This document shows positions 62,902 to 64,000 of a stretch of DNA of 64,000 nucleotides, piece by piece (the first letter of the stretch is position 1; each line of letters starts with the position of its first letter). The position numbers and the translations under genes are program-made. Where the stretch lies: contig CAWBHS010000110.1 of NCBI GenBank assembly GCA_963788655.1, forward strand, positions 96,001 to 160,000. The letters run 5' to 3'. The stretch is from an uncultured Verrucomicrobiae bacterium (lineage in GTDB: Bacteria; Verrucomicrobiota; Verrucomicrobiia; Limisphaerales; JAFGQR01). The notes beneath the pieces were generated by a model. It saw only the letters and a program-made list of their open reading frames with translations. It had not been told where the DNA came from and ran no database searches.

Positions 62902-63000
62902 GGTAGCGCAGCCGTCTCGGCGGCGAGTTCATTGGGTGTCCCCGCGCCGTTCGCTTCGAGCGGCGAAGCTTCGCGCGAACTCGCCAGCGAGGACGCCCGC
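62902..63000. repeat. Degenerate GTAG-type REP doublet
   Basis: ggtagcgcagccgtctcggcggcgagttc ... gaactcgccagcgaggacgcccgc. Confidence 0.55.
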
Positions 63001-63138
63001 CTGTCCCGAACATCAGAAAATGACTATCCTTGCGGACAATGTTCTTTAATCCTGGATAGATCTTGGTGCATTCGGGACAGCTAGGACGACTGTCCGACAT
63101 CGTTTGCGACATTGCGACATGCGTGCTTGAATTGACTC

Positions 63139-64000
63139 ATGAAGATACTCGTTTCGGGGGCCGCGGGATTGGTGGGGGCCGCGCTGGTGGCGCGCTTCCA
63201 GGGCGAAGGCCATGAGGTGATCGAGTTGCGCCGCCTGTCAGCAGGCCAGACGGACGCGAAGGCAGTTTGGGACCAGAAAACTGGCCGCGTGGATTTGACC
63301 CGTTGCCCTTCACCCGAGGCAGTGGTTCATCTGGCTGGAGAAACGATCGCCCAACGTTGGACCGCTCCCGCCAAAATCCGTATTCGCAACAGTCGGGTGA
63401 ACGGAACCCGCTTATTGGTCGAAGCCCTGACCCAATTGCCGCGGTTGCCGCGCGTGCTGATCAGCGCCTCGGCGACTGGCTACTACGGTGATCGTGGCGA
63501 CGACACGCTTGACGAAACCAGTGCCCCCGGCACGGGCTTCCTGGCCAACGTCGCCCAAGCGTGGGAAGCCGCTGCGAACGGCGCCACGGAACGGGGCGTC
63601 CGGGTCATCACCCTGCGGTTGGGCGTTGTGCTCAGCGAGCGTGGCGGCGCCCTGAGGAAAATGCTACCTGCGTTTCGTTTTGGACTGGGGGGCCGCTTGG
63701 GCAGTGGCCGGCAGTTCTGGAGTTGGATTGCACTGGACGATTTGGTGAATGCGATTCTTTTCTGCCTGAACAATGAACGGTTGCACGGCCCCATCAATGC
63801 CACTTCACCGCACCCGGTCACAAACCGTGAGTTCACTCGCGCCCTGGCGCAGGCGCTGCACCGTCCCGCCCGCCTGCCGGTGCCGGCGTTCATGGTGCGG
63901 TTGGTTTTTGGCGAGATGGGCCGAGAAGCCCTGCTGGCCAGCGCTCGAGTGATGCCCGCGCTCCTGCAGGCGGAAGGATTTACGTTTGAGTTTTCTGAGA
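63139..64000 (+). CDS. TIGR01777 family NAD-dependent epimerase/oxidoreductase (3' end outside window)
   Basis: Not in the ORF track because it has no stop. Manual translation gives MKILVSGAAGLVG, VVHLAGETIAQRW, SASATGYYGDRG, GLGGRLGSGRQFWSWIALDD. Confidence 0.92.
   Translation, partial: MKILVSGAAGLVGAALVARFQGEGHEVIELRRLSAGQTDAKAVWDQKTGRVDLTRCPSPEAVVHLAGETIAQRWTAPAKIRIRNSRVNGTRLLVEALTQLPRLPRVLISASATGYYGDRGDDTLDETSAPGTGFLANVAQAWEAAANGATERGVRVITLRLGVVLSERGGALRKMLPAFRFGLGGRLGSGRQFWSWIALDDLVNAILFCLNNERLHGPINATSPHPVTNREFTRALAQALHRPARLPVPAFMVRLVFGEMGREALLASARVMPALLQAEGFTFEFSE

Overview
A GC-rich bacterial chromosomal window, most consistent with Verrucomicrobiota (inferred from gene style: an H-X9-DG-type prepilin, an ACIII operon with cbb3-like genes, and dense intergenic palindromic repeats). 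In order, it contains: a two-component cluster; zwf; lepB; a kinase/regulator/ABC-2 exporter module followed by a prepilin; a secreted glycoside-hydrolase-like protein; an alternative complex III operon (actABCDEF, actG-like) ending in ccoN-like, ccoO and a cytochrome c; hcp with a perfect FNR-type box; uronate isomerase; a degenerate flagellin plus FlgM-like pair behind a sigma28-type promoter; three more signalling genes; araB-araD-GH51; hom-thrC; a BON protein; hrpB-hrpA; a nuoABCD-I mini-operon; MATE; SDR; a DUF62 SAM hydrolase; and a TIGR01777 oxidoreductase. Many conserved genes carry indels that look like assembly errors. No rRNA, tRNA, CRISPR array or transposase was seen. The top finding is an intact CcoN homologue in which all six heme/CuB histidines and the cross-link Tyr are substituted, placed as the apparent terminal module of ACIII. 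Other leads are the degenerate flagellin/FlgM-like unit, a palindromic element translated inside a prepilin leader, and several REP/MITE families. All family calls come from motif recognition, not database searches.
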